From Candidatus Daviesbacteria bacterium RIFCSPHIGHO2_12_FULL_37_16 (GTDB taxonomy: Bacteria > Patescibacteriota > Microgenomatia > Daviesbacterales > UBA10151), in the NCBI GenBank assembly GCA_001776785.1, contig MFDF01000006.1:16769-80768 (forward strand): DNA of 64,000 nucleotides. The letters are read 5' to 3'. Position 1 is the stretch's first letter. Each line of letters starts with the position of its first letter. Positions 10,519-20,863 of the stretch are shown in pieces. Both the position numbers and the translations under genes were made by a program. The notes beneath the pieces were generated by a model that saw nothing but the letters and a program-made list of their open reading frames with translations, had not been told where the DNA came from and did no database searches.

Positions 10519-11052
10519 ATGAGTAAAAGTTTAGTTGGGATAATAATGGGGTCTGATTCTGATTTACCTGTTATGGCAGATGCTTGTAAGGTTTTAGAAG
10601 AGTTTAACATTCCATTTGAAATAAAAGTTCTATCAGCGCATAGGGCACCTGATTTAGTTACAGAATATGCAAAAGGTGCAAATTTAAAAGGGCTAAAGGT
10701 AATTATTGCAGCAGCTGGAGGGGCTGCCCATCTGGCAGGGGTTGCTGCAGCCCACTGCCCTTTGCCAGTAATTGGTGTTCCAATTAAGGGGAAAACTTTG
10801 GATGGGCTTGATTCACTGCTTTCTATTGTCCAAATGCCACCCGGAATTCCAGTTGCGACAGTTTCTATAGATGGAGCAAGAAATGCAGGAATTTTAGCTA
10901 TTGAAATATTAGCAGTTAGTGATAAAAGTTTAATTAAAAAGTTATTAGAATTTAAAAAGAATTTAAAAGAACAAATAATTTTAAAAAATGATAAATTAAA
11001 AAAAATAGGCTATAAGAAATTCCTGGAAGAAAAAGAAAAGGCCAATGGTTAG
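10519..11052 (+). CDS. purE: N5-carboxyaminoimidazole ribonucleotide mutase (AIR carboxylase catalytic subunit)
   Basis: VGIIMGSDSDLPVM...SAHR motifs. Confidence 0.85.
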   Translation: MSKSLVGIIMGSDSDLPVMADACKVLEEFNIPFEIKVLSAHRAPDLVTEYAKGANLKGLKVIIAAAGGAAHLAGVAAAHCPLPVIGVPIKGKTLDGLDSLLSIVQMPPGIPVATVSIDGARNAGILAIEILAVSDKSLIKKLLEFKKNLKEQIILKNDKLKKIGYKKFLEEKEKANG

Positions 11053-12028
11053 TAAAAATAAAATTTTAAAAGCTATCCCTAATATTTTAAAAACAGTTAA
11101 TATCCCAAACCTGGGAGAAAAACACCAGGGTAAAGTAAGGGATTATTATGTATTGGCTGATGAGCAAAGCTCGCGCTTGCGCACTAAAAGAATAATTATT
11201 ACAACAGACAGGCAGTCTGCTTTTGATCGGGTTTTAGGACATATCCCCTATAAAGGAGCTGTCTTAAATTTATTGTCTGCTTTTTGGTTTGATAAGACAA
11301 AAGATATTATAGATAACCACTGGGTCTGCAACCTCTATTATAATGTAATAGTTGTCAAAAATTGTCAGATCATCCCAATTGAAATGGTCGTCAGAGGCTA
11401 TATTACAGGAGTTACAGATACTTCCATCTGGGGATCTTATGAAAAAGGTGAGCGGGTTATTTATGGAATTAAATTTCCTGACGGGCTTAAGAAAAACCAG
11501 AAACTCCCCTCCCCTGTTATTACTCCAACTACAAAAGCAGAGAGCGGCCATGATGAAAGATTAACAGAAAAAGAAATTTTAGAAAAAAAGATAGTTTCAA
11601 AAAAACTTTGGACACAAATGAAAAAAGCTGCAGTGGAGCTTTTTGAAAGAGGCAGTAAAATTTGTGACAGGGCTGGAATAATACTTGCAGATACTAAATA
11701 TGAGTTTGGACTTTTCAATGGAAAACTAATGCTTATTGATGAAGTCCATACACCTGATTCTTCAAGATTTTGGGTTAAGAAAAGTTACAAAGACAGGTTA
11801 AAAAAAGGATTAGAGCCTGAAAGTTATGATAAAGAAATTTTAAGGATCTGGTTTAAAGAAAAAGGATATAGTGGGGAGGGAAAACCTCCAAAAATGCCTG
11901 ATGATTTTTTAGTTAAAATGAGCCAAAGGTACATTGGGATCTATGAAAAAATTACAGGGAAGAAATTTAAAACATTTGATTACCCAATAGAAAAAAGGAT
12001 CAGAGATAGTTTAAAAAAAATTGGATGA
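11045..12028 (+). CDS. purC: SAICAR synthetase
   Basis: GKVRDxY...TDRxSAFD motifs of the long-form PurC. Confidence 0.8.
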   Translation: MVSKNKILKAIPNILKTVNIPNLGEKHQGKVRDYYVLADEQSSRLRTKRIIITTDRQSAFDRVLGHIPYKGAVLNLLSAFWFDKTKDIIDNHWVCNLYYNVIVVKNCQIIPIEMVVRGYITGVTDTSIWGSYEKGERVIYGIKFPDGLKKNQKLPSPVITPTTKAESGHDERLTEKEILEKKIVSKKLWTQMKKAAVELFERGSKICDRAGIILADTKYEFGLFNGKLMLIDEVHTPDSSRFWVKKSYKDRLKKGLEPESYDKEILRIWFKEKGYSGEGKPPKMPDDFLVKMSQRYIGIYEKITGKKFKTFDYPIEKRIRDSLKKIG

Positions 12029-13185
12029 AGAAATTACACTATGAACAGTCTGGGGATAACTATAAATTAAAAGATCCTTATAAACTGATTGCACTTGCTG
12101 CTACCAGAAAAACCAGAAAAAATTTAAAGAGATTTTCTAAATATGGGATTGAGGTATTGGACCAGGATAATAGTAGAGGTGAGAGTGCATATAGAATTAA
12201 ATTTGCATCTAAAAAACCAGTAGATTTTGAATTTGCCCATGTTGAAGAATCTATTGGGACAAAAAATATGATTGCAGATGAACTTCAAAAAATTTATAGA
12301 GAAAGTTTTTATTTTTCCATTGGGATTGATAATGTAGCAACTATTGTTAATGACCTTTCAACCTGCGGGGCATTCCCTTTAAGTTTTATGCTTCACATTG
12401 GGGCCTTTCCAAATGAGTGGTATTTAGAACAGGAAAAGATTAAAGCATTAATGGATGGGACTGCATATGCATGTAATTTAGCAGGATGTGCTTGGGGTGG
12501 TGGTGAATCAGGGACTGACAGGGATATTATCTATCCAGGAAGGTCACTTTTATCAGGATCTGCAACAGGGATTATTATTCCCTCCTCTAAAGTTTTATCT
12601 GAGGAAAAATTAAAAGATGGCGACAGAATAATTGTTTTTGAAAGCAGCGGAGTCCATACAAATGGAATAACGCTTTTAAGAAAAGAGCTTTTAAAAAGAT
12701 TGCCTAAAGGGTACAAAACAAAACTTTCAGATGGAACAGGTTATGGAGAAGCTTTACTGACTCCTTCTATCATTTATTCAAAACTTGTTGAGGATCTAAT
12801 TGTTAATACAGAGGTTCATTATGCAGTCCACATAACTGGCCATGGATGGAGAAAATTAATGAGATCTAAAAGGAATTTTTCATATATTGTAGATTTTGTT
12901 CCAAAACCCCAGCCAGTCTTTGAATTTATTCAAAGACATACAAACTCTTCTGATAAAGATATGTATGAAACATATAATATGGGTGCAGGCTTTGCGGTTT
13001 TTGTGCCCCCATCTCAAGTGCAAAAAGTTTTGCAAATTTTCAAGAAGAATGAACAAGTTCTTTCTCGCTTCGCTCGAAATAAAATTAAAGCCTGGGATGC
13101 AGGTTTTATAAAAAAGGGTGAAAGAAAAGTTGTTATAAATCCATTGAGATTAGAGTTTTTAGGCGAAGAGCTTATTCTGCGCTAG
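12025..13185 (+). CDS. purM: Phosphoribosylformylglycinamidine cyclo-ligase (AIR synthetase)
   Basis: PurM blocks are present: IGIDNVA..VNDL, GGGESG, SSGVHTNG, HITGHG, YNMGAGF. Confidence 0.7.
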   Translation: MKKLHYEQSGDNYKLKDPYKLIALAATRKTRKNLKRFSKYGIEVLDQDNSRGESAYRIKFASKKPVDFEFAHVEESIGTKNMIADELQKIYRESFYFSIGIDNVATIVNDLSTCGAFPLSFMLHIGAFPNEWYLEQEKIKALMDGTAYACNLAGCAWGGGESGTDRDIIYPGRSLLSGSATGIIIPSSKVLSEEKLKDGDRIIVFESSGVHTNGITLLRKELLKRLPKGYKTKLSDGTGYGEALLTPSIIYSKLVEDLIVNTEVHYAVHITGHGWRKLMRSKRNFSYIVDFVPKPQPVFEFIQRHTNSSDKDMYETYNMGAGFAVFVPPSQVQKVLQIFKKNEQVLSRFARNKIKAWDAGFIKKGERKVVINPLRLEFLGEELILR

Positions 13186-13299
13186 ATTTTTCCAGTATTG
13201 ATGGGTAAAGTCTGGGAGTTAGTGAAAGAAGTGCAGTTATTATAAAAGTCCAGAAACAATTGTTAGTTTGATGGAAAACAGTCTAAAACTTTTAAAACT

Positions 13300-14505
13300 T
13301 CAGGCTGCATAACTTTTATCTTTTGGAGTAACGTAAGGATAAAATCTGGTGGTAAGGGCAAATACCGCTGTGATAACAAAAAGCATTGGGAAAGGCATCC
13401 CAAACCAAAAAAGAATTCCTAAGGGTATTAAGAAAATAACCCTTCCTAAAGATGCTGCTACTTCTCTTTGAGTAATTATTGACATAACATCTTCATGTCT
13501 AGCCCGTTCATAGACTATGGTATCTAAGGTTATAAACTGACCCTGGTTGGTAACTGAAGTTACTATTGAACTTAAGAAAACATGCATGGGGGTTGTAACA
13601 AAGCTTCTAGTCAGGCCAGATATAGCATCAAGGGATGAGATAATTTTTATTATCTTTTTTGGTCCAAATCTGTCAATAATATAGCCTGTTAATAAAGTAG
13701 ATATGGTCGCAAATAATGCAATTAATGATCCCATAAAACCAATACCAATTATTCCTGACACCAAAGTAATGGCAAAAATAGGCCAGAAAATTTCTGAAGT
13801 TAGCTGATCAGCGGTTTGTCCAGTTAAGGCAAGGTAACTTTTGGCTTCTTTTTTTGGAGAAAGTGCTAATGCAGTTTTCCAAATACTTATAGACATCCTA
13901 TCTTCTTGTTTGGGAAGATATTTAAGCGGGATTATGGCAATAAAGACTAAAACTATCATGGCAAGAAATAGTACGTTATAACCATAGTAGCTAATGAGCA
14001 GCCCTCCAAAAGCGGGTGCCCCAACCAGAGCAATTGCAGAGAGTGATGAAGAGATAGCAACTTCCTCACCCTGTTTCTTGTCATCTGTTAACTCTACAAA
14101 AAAGATATGATAGGCCATCCAATAGAACCCTAGTTCAATACCCCCCAGTATTGATGCGATGATTAAAAAGATCATGTCAAATTGGGCAAGGTTTAAAGTT
14201 ATTAAAAATAGAATTAAAAAAATATTTCCCCAAAAAACTGAAAATCTTAATCCCTTTTTGGAAATAATCCAGATGGCCAAAGGGATTGCTACTGCTTGAA
14301 CTAGGTGAAGGAGAGCGATGACTAGGGCAGTTGTAGAGAGAGATTGGTTTGCACTCAATCCTTGCTTGAGTAAAATTTGATAGACATATATACCACTAAA
14401 GATCTGAAAGATTCCCACAGTAAAGAATCTAATTAGGGAATGTAAGTAAAATGCCCCCAGGTATCTAAATTGCTTAATGTGAAGGATGGATTTGAACACT
14501 ATCAA
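13300..14505 (-). CDS. Polytopic membrane transporter (MFS-like)
   Basis: About 12 hydrophobic segments in 401 aa. No specific motif recognised. Confidence 0.4.
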   Translation of the reverse strand: MIVFKSILHIKQFRYLGAFYLHSLIRFFTVGIFQIFSGIYVYQILLKQGLSANQSLSTTALVIALLHLVQAVAIPLAIWIISKKGLRFSVFWGNIFLILFLITLNLAQFDMIFLIIASILGGIELGFYWMAYHIFFVELTDDKKQGEEVAISSSLSAIALVGAPAFGGLLISYYGYNVLFLAMIVLVFIAIIPLKYLPKQEDRMSISIWKTALALSPKKEAKSYLALTGQTADQLTSEIFWPIFAITLVSGIIGIGFMGSLIALFATISTLLTGYIIDRFGPKKIIKIISSLDAISGLTRSFVTTPMHVFLSSIVTSVTNQGQFITLDTIVYERARHEDVMSIITQREVAASLGRVIFLIPLGILFWFGMPFPMLFVITAVFALTTRFYPYVTPKDKSYAA

Positions 14506-14522
14506 TTAGGATAGCATAAATA

Positions 14523-15128
14523 TCATTCCATGGTCTGCTCTGGACCATGGTCCCTGTGGGCATCTATGAATTTTTCAATCCTGGCTTTATCAAAATCATT
14601 AAACTTATCTATATACCTCCAGGATGTTAGGGCAATTTTAGAATCAAGCTGGGGTCTTGGGACTAAAATTAATTTTCTTTTGCCTTTGCCATCATAGATT
14701 GAAGTTAGATTTTTTACTAACTCATTGCATTCATCTGATGTGAAGTCACTGGTTAACATTGCTGATTGAGTTGAGTCTTCTGTATTAGTTTTTTTCTCAA
14801 GTGGACCCAAAGGGGATGAGGATTTTCCAAAAGCACAGTTGTAAGAAATGATGACATAGCCATGTTCTAATGAGTGGATTAAATGCCCGTCATCCTGGGG
14901 CCTATCATACACTCCAGCCCTTACCCATTCCTCATAGTGGTTTCCAGAAGTTGGCGGGTTTGAATTATATTCAACTACAGTCCCAATTGGGACATGGGTC
15001 CTGCCTAAATCCTCAAGCTGGGTACCTGGTTTTGGTTTAGTTTCATTAAAGATAAAAAAACCTAAACCAATAAGCATTAAAACAACTGCTCCAATAATTA
15101 TTTTCTTTTCCATAGTTAGGTTATTCAT
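14523..15128 (-). CDS. Membrane-anchored hypothetical protein (DUF3105-like conserved His/Glu block)
   Basis: N-terminal TM segment. PTSGNHY...HSLEHGYV block. Confidence 0.3.
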   Translation of the reverse strand: MNNLTMEKKIIIGAVVLMLIGLGFFIFNETKPKPGTQLEDLGRTHVPIGTVVEYNSNPPTSGNHYEEWVRAGVYDRPQDDGHLIHSLEHGYVIISYNCAFGKSSSPLGPLEKKTNTEDSTQSAMLTSDFTSDECNELVKNLTSIYDGKGKRKLILVPRPQLDSKIALTSWRYIDKFNDFDKARIEKFIDAHRDHGPEQTME

Positions 15129-15733
15129 TACTGCTGATTATACTGGTTTTGGGCTTTTTCTACACCTTTTTCTAAAATTGTTTCCAGTGCTTTAACCCCT
15201 TTTTTAATTAAAGCTTTTGCTTTTGATTTTTCATTTGGCAAAAAATCTTCTGTAACAAAGTGCTCTGCATTAAATGCTCTATGCTTGTGTTCCCCTGATT
15301 GGGATTTTAAATTTCCAATTCCAAGCCTTACCCTGACAAAATTTTCACTGCCCAGGTGGGTTATTATAGACTCTATACCATGATGTCCTGCATCTGAACC
15401 CCCTACCCTGATTTTTAAATGTCCTAAAACAATATCCAACTCATCATGGATAATAATAATATCTTCTGGTTTTATTTTGTAAAATTTTGCTAATGTGGCA
15501 ACGCAAAGGCCTGACTGGTTCATAAAAGTTTGGGGACGAGCAAGAATAATTGTTAATTGTTTATTGTTAATTGTTAATTGAGTCTTTATCACTTCTGCTT
15601 TAAATTTATTATCTAGGACCCACTCCCCAAGTTCTTTTTTTCTTTTAAACTCATCCAAAACATCAAAGCCTAAATTATGCCTGGTGTTAAGATATTTTTC
15701 CCCTGGGTTTCCAAGACCTACAACTAATTTCAT
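15128..15733 (-). CDS. pth: Peptidyl-tRNA hydrolase
   Basis: MKLVVGLGNPG...RHNLGF canonical bacterial Pth N-terminus. Contains an internal TTAATTG 7-mer tandem run at ~15541-15585 (coding). Confidence 0.9.
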   Translation of the reverse strand: MKLVVGLGNPGEKYLNTRHNLGFDVLDEFKRKKELGEWVLDNKFKAEVIKTQLTINNKQLTIILARPQTFMNQSGLCVATLAKFYKIKPEDIIIIHDELDIVLGHLKIRVGGSDAGHHGIESIITHLGSENFVRVRLGIGNLKSQSGEHKHRAFNAEHFVTEDFLPNEKSKAKALIKKGVKALETILEKGVEKAQNQYNQQ

Positions 15734-15749
15734 AATAAGTTATTAGAGC

Positions 15750-16136
15750 TTAGTTATCTGAGCTCAGTTTATTTAATCTATAATTTTTTGTTTGCTTTAT
15801 CAAGCCACTTAACATTTTACTAACTTCTTCAATTAAGGAAATTGCTTCATTTAATTGAACTTTATCCATATACTTTTGATCCAAACAAATGTACAAATGG
15901 CTTCTTATTTCTAGTAAAGATCCACGCGCTGTTCTATAAAATTGCATGCTTTCTTGTGAATGATACCTACCAAAACCTTCGGCTATATTGGCACTAACTG
16001 AAACACTAGCCCTTCTTAGTTGACTGGTTAGATTACTTCTTTCACTTGCAGGAAACTTAGAAGTTATCATATAAATCTTTTGATTTAACAATCTAGATTT
16101 CTGCCAAACAATTAAGTCCTCAAAACTTTTTATCAT
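15750..16136 (-). CDS. Four-helix-bundle protein (TIGR02436-like)
   Basis: DLIVWQKS...FPxxE...SQLRRASVSVSANIAEG signature. Confidence 0.7.
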   Translation of the reverse strand: MIKSFEDLIVWQKSRLLNQKIYMITSKFPASERSNLTSQLRRASVSVSANIAEGFGRYHSQESMQFYRTARGSLLEIRSHLYICLDQKYMDKVQLNEAISLIEEVSKMLSGLIKQTKNYRLNKLSSDN

Positions 16137-16167
16137 AACTGACCTCTGAGCTCTATGCTCTTTATAG

Positions 16168-17433
16168 CTAGAATAATCCCATCTGCTCCTCCTCTTTTAA
16201 TTTATCCTCATTTTCATCCCAGATTTTAACTACTCCATAAGTATTATCAAAACCTGGTTTTATAGTTAGTTTTCCTTTCCTAATCCTTTTAACGCCTTCT
16301 GCAATTTTTACTCCTGCATATTTTTCAATTTGTTCAAGTGGAGTTTTAGTTAAGATTTTTAATTCTGTATCTAGTGTTGTAACCAGTCTTTCATATTCAT
16401 TTTTGACTTTTTGGGAGGAGACTGTAGAATTTAGAGCTTCTGCAATTATTTCCTCCAGCTGAACCAGCATTCTGAATCCAGGCTTATCAGGAAATGCTTT
16501 TGATTTAATTACTCCATTTTCATTTGAAATTTGTAATTTGTCATTTGAAATTCCTGCAAGGTCCTCTACTCTTTGCATTACTCCAACTGTTAATTTTCTT
16601 TTACATTTGGGACAAATTACTCCTTTTTCTTTAAGCTCCTCTGGTCCATAAACTACTCCACAATTTCTGTGACCTGAGTAGTGGTATTTTCCCTCTTCCG
16701 GGAAAAATTCTATGGTACCAATGATTTTTCTTTGTTTAACTGACTTAGATAAACCCTCAAATGAACATTCCCCTCCAATTATTGTGGCTTCCCGTCCAAG
16801 CCTTGGCAGGGAGTGGGCATCTGAAAAAGAAAGTATGGCCTTTTCATCTAAGTCTTTTACTCTCCAATTCATGGCAGGTTCAGAAGATAAACCTGTTTCT
16901 ATGCCATAAATTTTGTCAGAAAAATCTCCAAAGCAGTCTGCAAATTTGTCATAGCCTGACTGCGACCCAAATAGAGAAAACCAGGGGGTCCAGATATGGG
17001 CAGGTATTATTAGGGCTTCTGGCTCTACAGAAAAAACTATTTCACACAAAGCTTTAGTGCTCATTCCCATAATTGGCCTGCCATCTGAAACCAGGTTGAT
17101 GCCTTTTTTTGTTAAGACTTCTGATAATTTTGCTGCAGAATCTAAGTTTGGCAGGAAAATTAAAATGTGGATCCTTCTAACTCTTCCTGCCTCTGAATAA
17201 ATACAGGCAACCTCTGTTGTGGGGATAAAAGTTATGCCATTAACCTGATATTTGCCATCAACCAATTTTAAATCTTTTTTTAATTCTGCCTGCCAAAGTG
17301 GGTGAAGACAATCCCCTGTTCCCATTAGACTTATACCTTTATATTTTGCCCATTTAGCTAGATTGGGGATGTTTAGTGCTGATGAACAGGCCCTGGAGAA
17401 TCTGGAGTGGATGTGTAAGTCTGCTACATAAGC
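16168..17433 (-). CDS. PHP-domain nuclease, endonuclease Q-like, with C-terminal zinc ribbon
   Basis: ADLHIHSRFSRA PHP motif and CPKCKRK Zn finger. The track ORF extends to 17616, but the MAYVADLHIHS start at 17433 avoids overlap with tatD. Confidence 0.5.
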   Translation of the reverse strand, partial: AYVADLHIHSRFSRACSSALNIPNLAKWAKYKGISLMGTGDCLHPLWQAELKKDLKLVDGKYQVNGITFIPTTEVACIYSEAGRVRRIHILIFLPNLDSAAKLSEVLTKKGINLVSDGRPIMGMSTKALCEIVFSVEPEALIIPAHIWTPWFSLFGSQSGYDKFADCFGDFSDKIYGIETGLSSEPAMNWRVKDLDEKAILSFSDAHSLPRLGREATIIGGECSFEGLSKSVKQRKIIGTIEFFPEEGKYHYSGHRNCGVVYGPEELKEKGVICPKCKRKLTVGVMQRVEDLAGISNDKLQISNENGVIKSKAFPDKPGFRMLVQLEEIIAEALNSTVSSQKVKNEYERLVTTLDTELKILTKTPLEQIEKYAGVKIAEGVKRIRKGKLTIKPGFDNTYGVVKIWDENEDKLKEEEQMGLF

Positions 17434-17440
17434 CATAGAT

Positions 17441-18325
17441 TTGATTATTGTACAATATGTGCCAATGCTATTTGATACCCATTCACATATCCAGTTTAAA
17501 TCTTTTGATAAAAACAGAAAAAACGTTATTGAGAGGGCAAAAAAAGCTGGGGTTAAGAAAATTATTGCTATAGGGACTGATTTAGAATCTTCTAAAAAAG
17601 CAGCAGAAATTTCCATAGAATATCCTGAAGTTTTTGCATCTGTTGGAATCCATCCCCACCATGTATTTAGCTACCTTTCTCGTCATTCCGAATTTATTTC
17701 GGAATCTTATAAAGAGATCCTGAAACAAGTTCAGGATGACGGGGTTGGTGTTCAGGATGACATTAGACATTTAGAAGACTTATTTAGCAACCCTAAAGTT
17801 GTAGCTGTTGGGGAAACAGGAATGGATAAATACCAATATAAAATTACCAAGTACTCCAATTATTCAGTATCCAAACAATTTATCAAATTACAAAAGGAAA
17901 TATTTAAAATGCAGATTAAGCTGGCAATTATGTATAAAAAAGCTTTAATAATCCACAACAGAGAAGCAGTTGAGGAAACTTTAGAAGTTTTAAAAGAAAG
18001 TTGGGATAAAAAATTAGAAGGAAGAACAGTTTTCCATTATTGTGAACCAGACAAAAGAGTTTTAGATTTTGCAAAATCCCACAAAATTTATATTGGAGTT
18101 GATGGGGATGTTTTAACTGATAAAATAAAACAGGAATTTGTTAAAATAATCCCTCTGGATTTGTTAGTTTTAGAAACAGACTCCCCTTTTCTAAACTCTG
18201 AACCTGCAAAAATAAAAACAATTTTAGAATTTATTTCTAAACTTTTAAAAATTCAACCTAAAGGATTTGAAAAAATATTATTCAATAATAGTTCTTATTT
18301 ATTCAATAACTACTTGCTTAAATAA
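17441..18325 (+). CDS. tatD: TatD-family metal-dependent DNase (with an in-frame repeat-element insertion)
   Basis: FDTHSHIQF, GIHPHH, GETGMD motifs. The likely true start is MLFDTHSH at 17465. A ~30-aa insertion is encoded by palindromic element B. Confidence 0.75.
   Translation: MIIVQYVPMLFDTHSHIQFKSFDKNRKNVIERAKKAGVKKIIAIGTDLESSKKAAEISIEYPEVFASVGIHPHHVFSYLSRHSEFISESYKEILKQVQDDGVGVQDDIRHLEDLFSNPKVVAVGETGMDKYQYKITKYSNYSVSKQFIKLQKEIFKMQIKLAIMYKKALIIHNREAVEETLEVLKESWDKKLEGRTVFHYCEPDKRVLDFAKSHKIYIGVDGDVLTDKIKQEFVKIIPLDLLVLETDSPFLNSEPAKIKTILEFISKLLKIQPKGFEKILFNNSSYLFNNYLLK
17682..17763. repeat. Palindromic repeat element, copy B, in-frame inside tatD
   Basis: GTCATTCCGAATTTATTTCGGAATC hairpin, CCTGAACAAGTTCAGG hairpin, and two CAGGATGAC ends. 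Encodes RHSEFISESYKEILKQVQDDGVGVQDD. Confidence 0.55.
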
Positions 18326-18342
18326 AAGCTAAGTGATATTTT

Positions 18343-19053
18343 TTGCAAATGCCTCAAACTACCGAAAGAATTAAATTACCTGAACCATATAATTCAAAGG
18401 TTGGCCAGGTTATTGAAGAGATAGAGGATATTAATTCGAGACGAGCTTGGTTTATTCCTAGAACACTTGATGAAAGCGAATACTATCTTTCACAGATCAT
18501 GCCTTTTTTTGCTGAATTAAAAGAATCCTTCCAACCTTTTGTTTTCAATGATCAATCCTTAAGACAATCCTGGCATTTTGCCAGGGATAGTGCATACGAG
18601 CTTGCTGAGGAATATCATAGAAAATTATGGTGGGATGAGGCCTGGAAAAGGACTAATGATGCTTCACTAGTGTCATTGAAGAGGGCTGCAGCGAATGCTA
18701 TTTCCGGAGATAATAGAAGATCCGCTGAACTAACCCATACTTATAATAATTTGATAAAAAACACCGGTGTAATTTTGGGAAGGATTGCTGCTTGGGAAGT
18801 TGTTTCTGATTTGCCTGAACTTGAAGGCTTGCAAAATCCAGACAGGGTTTTGCTTGAATTTTATAAACGAGGGCTTGTATTTATAGATCTTAGGTATTTT
18901 AATGACAAACAGGTTCCTGTAGCCCATCAAATAGTAAGACCTTCTGCTGATAGTCCTGAGAGATATTTAGTCTGTCTTATAGATAACCAGACCAAAATTA
19001 AATTCAAGCATGGATTAAATAGGGTCTGCAAGGATGCTGTTGAAATAAATTAA
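18343..19053 (+). CDS. Hypothetical protein
   Basis: 236-aa ORF with no recognisable motif. Confidence 0.3.
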   Translation: MQMPQTTERIKLPEPYNSKVGQVIEEIEDINSRRAWFIPRTLDESEYYLSQIMPFFAELKESFQPFVFNDQSLRQSWHFARDSAYELAEEYHRKLWWDEAWKRTNDASLVSLKRAAANAISGDNRRSAELTHTYNNLIKNTGVILGRIAAWEVVSDLPELEGLQNPDRVLLEFYKRGLVFIDLRYFNDKQVPVAHQIVRPSADSPERYLVCLIDNQTKIKFKHGLNRVCKDAVEIN

Positions 19054-19056
19054 CAA

Positions 19057-20784
19057 TTATTTCTTAAACTGCAACTTATACATCTCTTTTAATTCTTTGA
19101 CTGTTGTAGCGTCCTCAGCTTGTTTATCTTTTTCCCTAAATTTAACAAGCCTTGGGAAGCGCAGGGCATAGCCCACACCAGTTTCATCTTTGCCTGCAGT
19201 GTGGGTTGGGGACCTTGTGATTTCATCTGCTAAAATTTCTATAACTATTTCTGGGGCAATCCAGACAGATGGGGTCATAATAGAATTTATCCTGGCAGGC
19301 TTTTTATTAACTTTAATTTTGTCTGCCCGCTTGTGAATCTCCCTCCATTCTTCATCTGTTAAACCTGTGCCAATTTTTGAAACAGTTACAAATTCATCTT
19401 TATCTTTATCATAAACTCCAACTAAAAGTGCGCCTGCACCAAATTCTGCCCTTTTTCCTCTGCCAAAGATATAACCTAAAATTACACAGTCCACTGTGTC
19501 TTTTAATTCACCTGCAGAATGCCTTTTTTGTTTGACCCAGTTAAAATTTCTGGCACCTGCTTCATATTTTGAATCAGGCCTTTTAACTATTAAACCCTCT
19601 AAACCTTCTGAGATAGCTTCATCAAAAAGAGCCTGGATCCTTTCCGGCTTATCTGTAATTTCCCCGGGTTCTGCAATTAAAACTTCATTGCCATCAATAA
19701 CTTTTTCCAAAACTTTTATCCTTTCTGAAACCGGCTCATCCATTAAGGAACTACCATTTAAAAACATTACATCAAAGACCATGGCTTTTAAGGGCAGCCT
19801 TTTAACAGCTTCTTCTATGCCATGCTTTCTTCTTCTTTGGGTTGTTTCCTGGAATGGCAGGAATTCTTCTGACTGCGGGTTAAAGGCTAAGGCTTCTGAG
19901 TCTAAAATTGCAGTCTTGGCTTTAACCTGACTAATAACCCCTTTAATAATATCTGGAAACATTGGGGTGGTTTCTTCTAAATTTCTGGAAAAGAGTCTGA
20001 TATTATCCCCATCTTTGTGGATCTGGACCCTAAAGCCATCAAACTTTTTCTGGACATGGGCTGAGCCATCAAACTTTTTTATAATAGCTTCTGCATTAGG
20101 CAGCCTTTCAGCAAGCTGCGACCTAATAGGCCTGCCTACTGTAACATCTAATTTTTCTACACCCTTTAAACCATCTTTCCAAAGGGTTTGGCCAATTAAC
20201 CCCAAGTCTGAAACTTTGTTGTATGCCCCCTCTAAAAGTTTTCTTTTGGACTTATCCCCAAGTTTTGTGAGGGCAAAGGCATCCAAAATTGTTGGGTCCC
20301 CTATTCCTAACCTTGAGGTACCAAGTGGGACTCTGACTAAATGTTTTGCCTCAATTCCCGATGACTTTTCCAGTAAATTAGTTAGGGCAGATATTTTATT
20401 TTCTACTGTTCCATCACCTGAAAATTTGGCAATTTTTAAAAGGGAGTCAAAAATTTCTTTGATAGATTGGTCTTTACTCTTTTTATTGCCAGCCAGGTCT
20501 GCTGCAACACTCCCTAAGTCCCCTACTTTGCCATACATTTTAGTAATATCTTCTAAAGGTTTCCCATAAACCCTGGACATGGCTTTGGCAACAGATTTTT
20601 CTGCCATACCAATCTCTATTGGCTCATAAAAAGGTGCTACTCTGCCCTGGAGAAGATAGGAGATTATAGGAATTTCTTCTGCACCTGCTTTTTTAAAAAG
20701 TTTTGAGAGAATATCAATTAGGGAAAGCCTAGAGGAAGTACTCTCCAGTTTTTCAAAATATTCAGATAATTGTTTAAAAGTCAT
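19057..20784 (-). CDS. lig: ATP-dependent DNA ligase (archaeal/eukaryotic Lig-type)
   Basis: KFDGFRVQIHKDG adenylation motif with an N-terminal DNA-binding domain. 575 aa. Confidence 0.85.
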   Translation of the reverse strand: MTFKQLSEYFEKLESTSSRLSLIDILSKLFKKAGAEEIPIISYLLQGRVAPFYEPIEIGMAEKSVAKAMSRVYGKPLEDITKMYGKVGDLGSVAADLAGNKKSKDQSIKEIFDSLLKIAKFSGDGTVENKISALTNLLEKSSGIEAKHLVRVPLGTSRLGIGDPTILDAFALTKLGDKSKRKLLEGAYNKVSDLGLIGQTLWKDGLKGVEKLDVTVGRPIRSQLAERLPNAEAIIKKFDGSAHVQKKFDGFRVQIHKDGDNIRLFSRNLEETTPMFPDIIKGVISQVKAKTAILDSEALAFNPQSEEFLPFQETTQRRRKHGIEEAVKRLPLKAMVFDVMFLNGSSLMDEPVSERIKVLEKVIDGNEVLIAEPGEITDKPERIQALFDEAISEGLEGLIVKRPDSKYEAGARNFNWVKQKRHSAGELKDTVDCVILGYIFGRGKRAEFGAGALLVGVYDKDKDEFVTVSKIGTGLTDEEWREIHKRADKIKVNKKPARINSIMTPSVWIAPEIVIEILADEITRSPTHTAGKDETGVGYALRFPRLVKFREKDKQAEDATTVKELKEMYKLQFKK

Positions 20785-20863
20785 ATTGGAATTGTAACTA
20801 AAGTTTATTTTTTAAACAATTCTTACTTACAAATTATGAAAAAAATGTATAATCTTATTTAAG

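Noticed and set aside
15541-15585. TTAATTG tandem run in pth as an insertion
   Set aside because: The encoded segment (TQLTINNKQLTII) aligns length-for-length with the homologous beta-strand region of E. coli Pth, so it is native coding sequence and not an inserted element. It is kept only as part of the 7-mer repeat observation.
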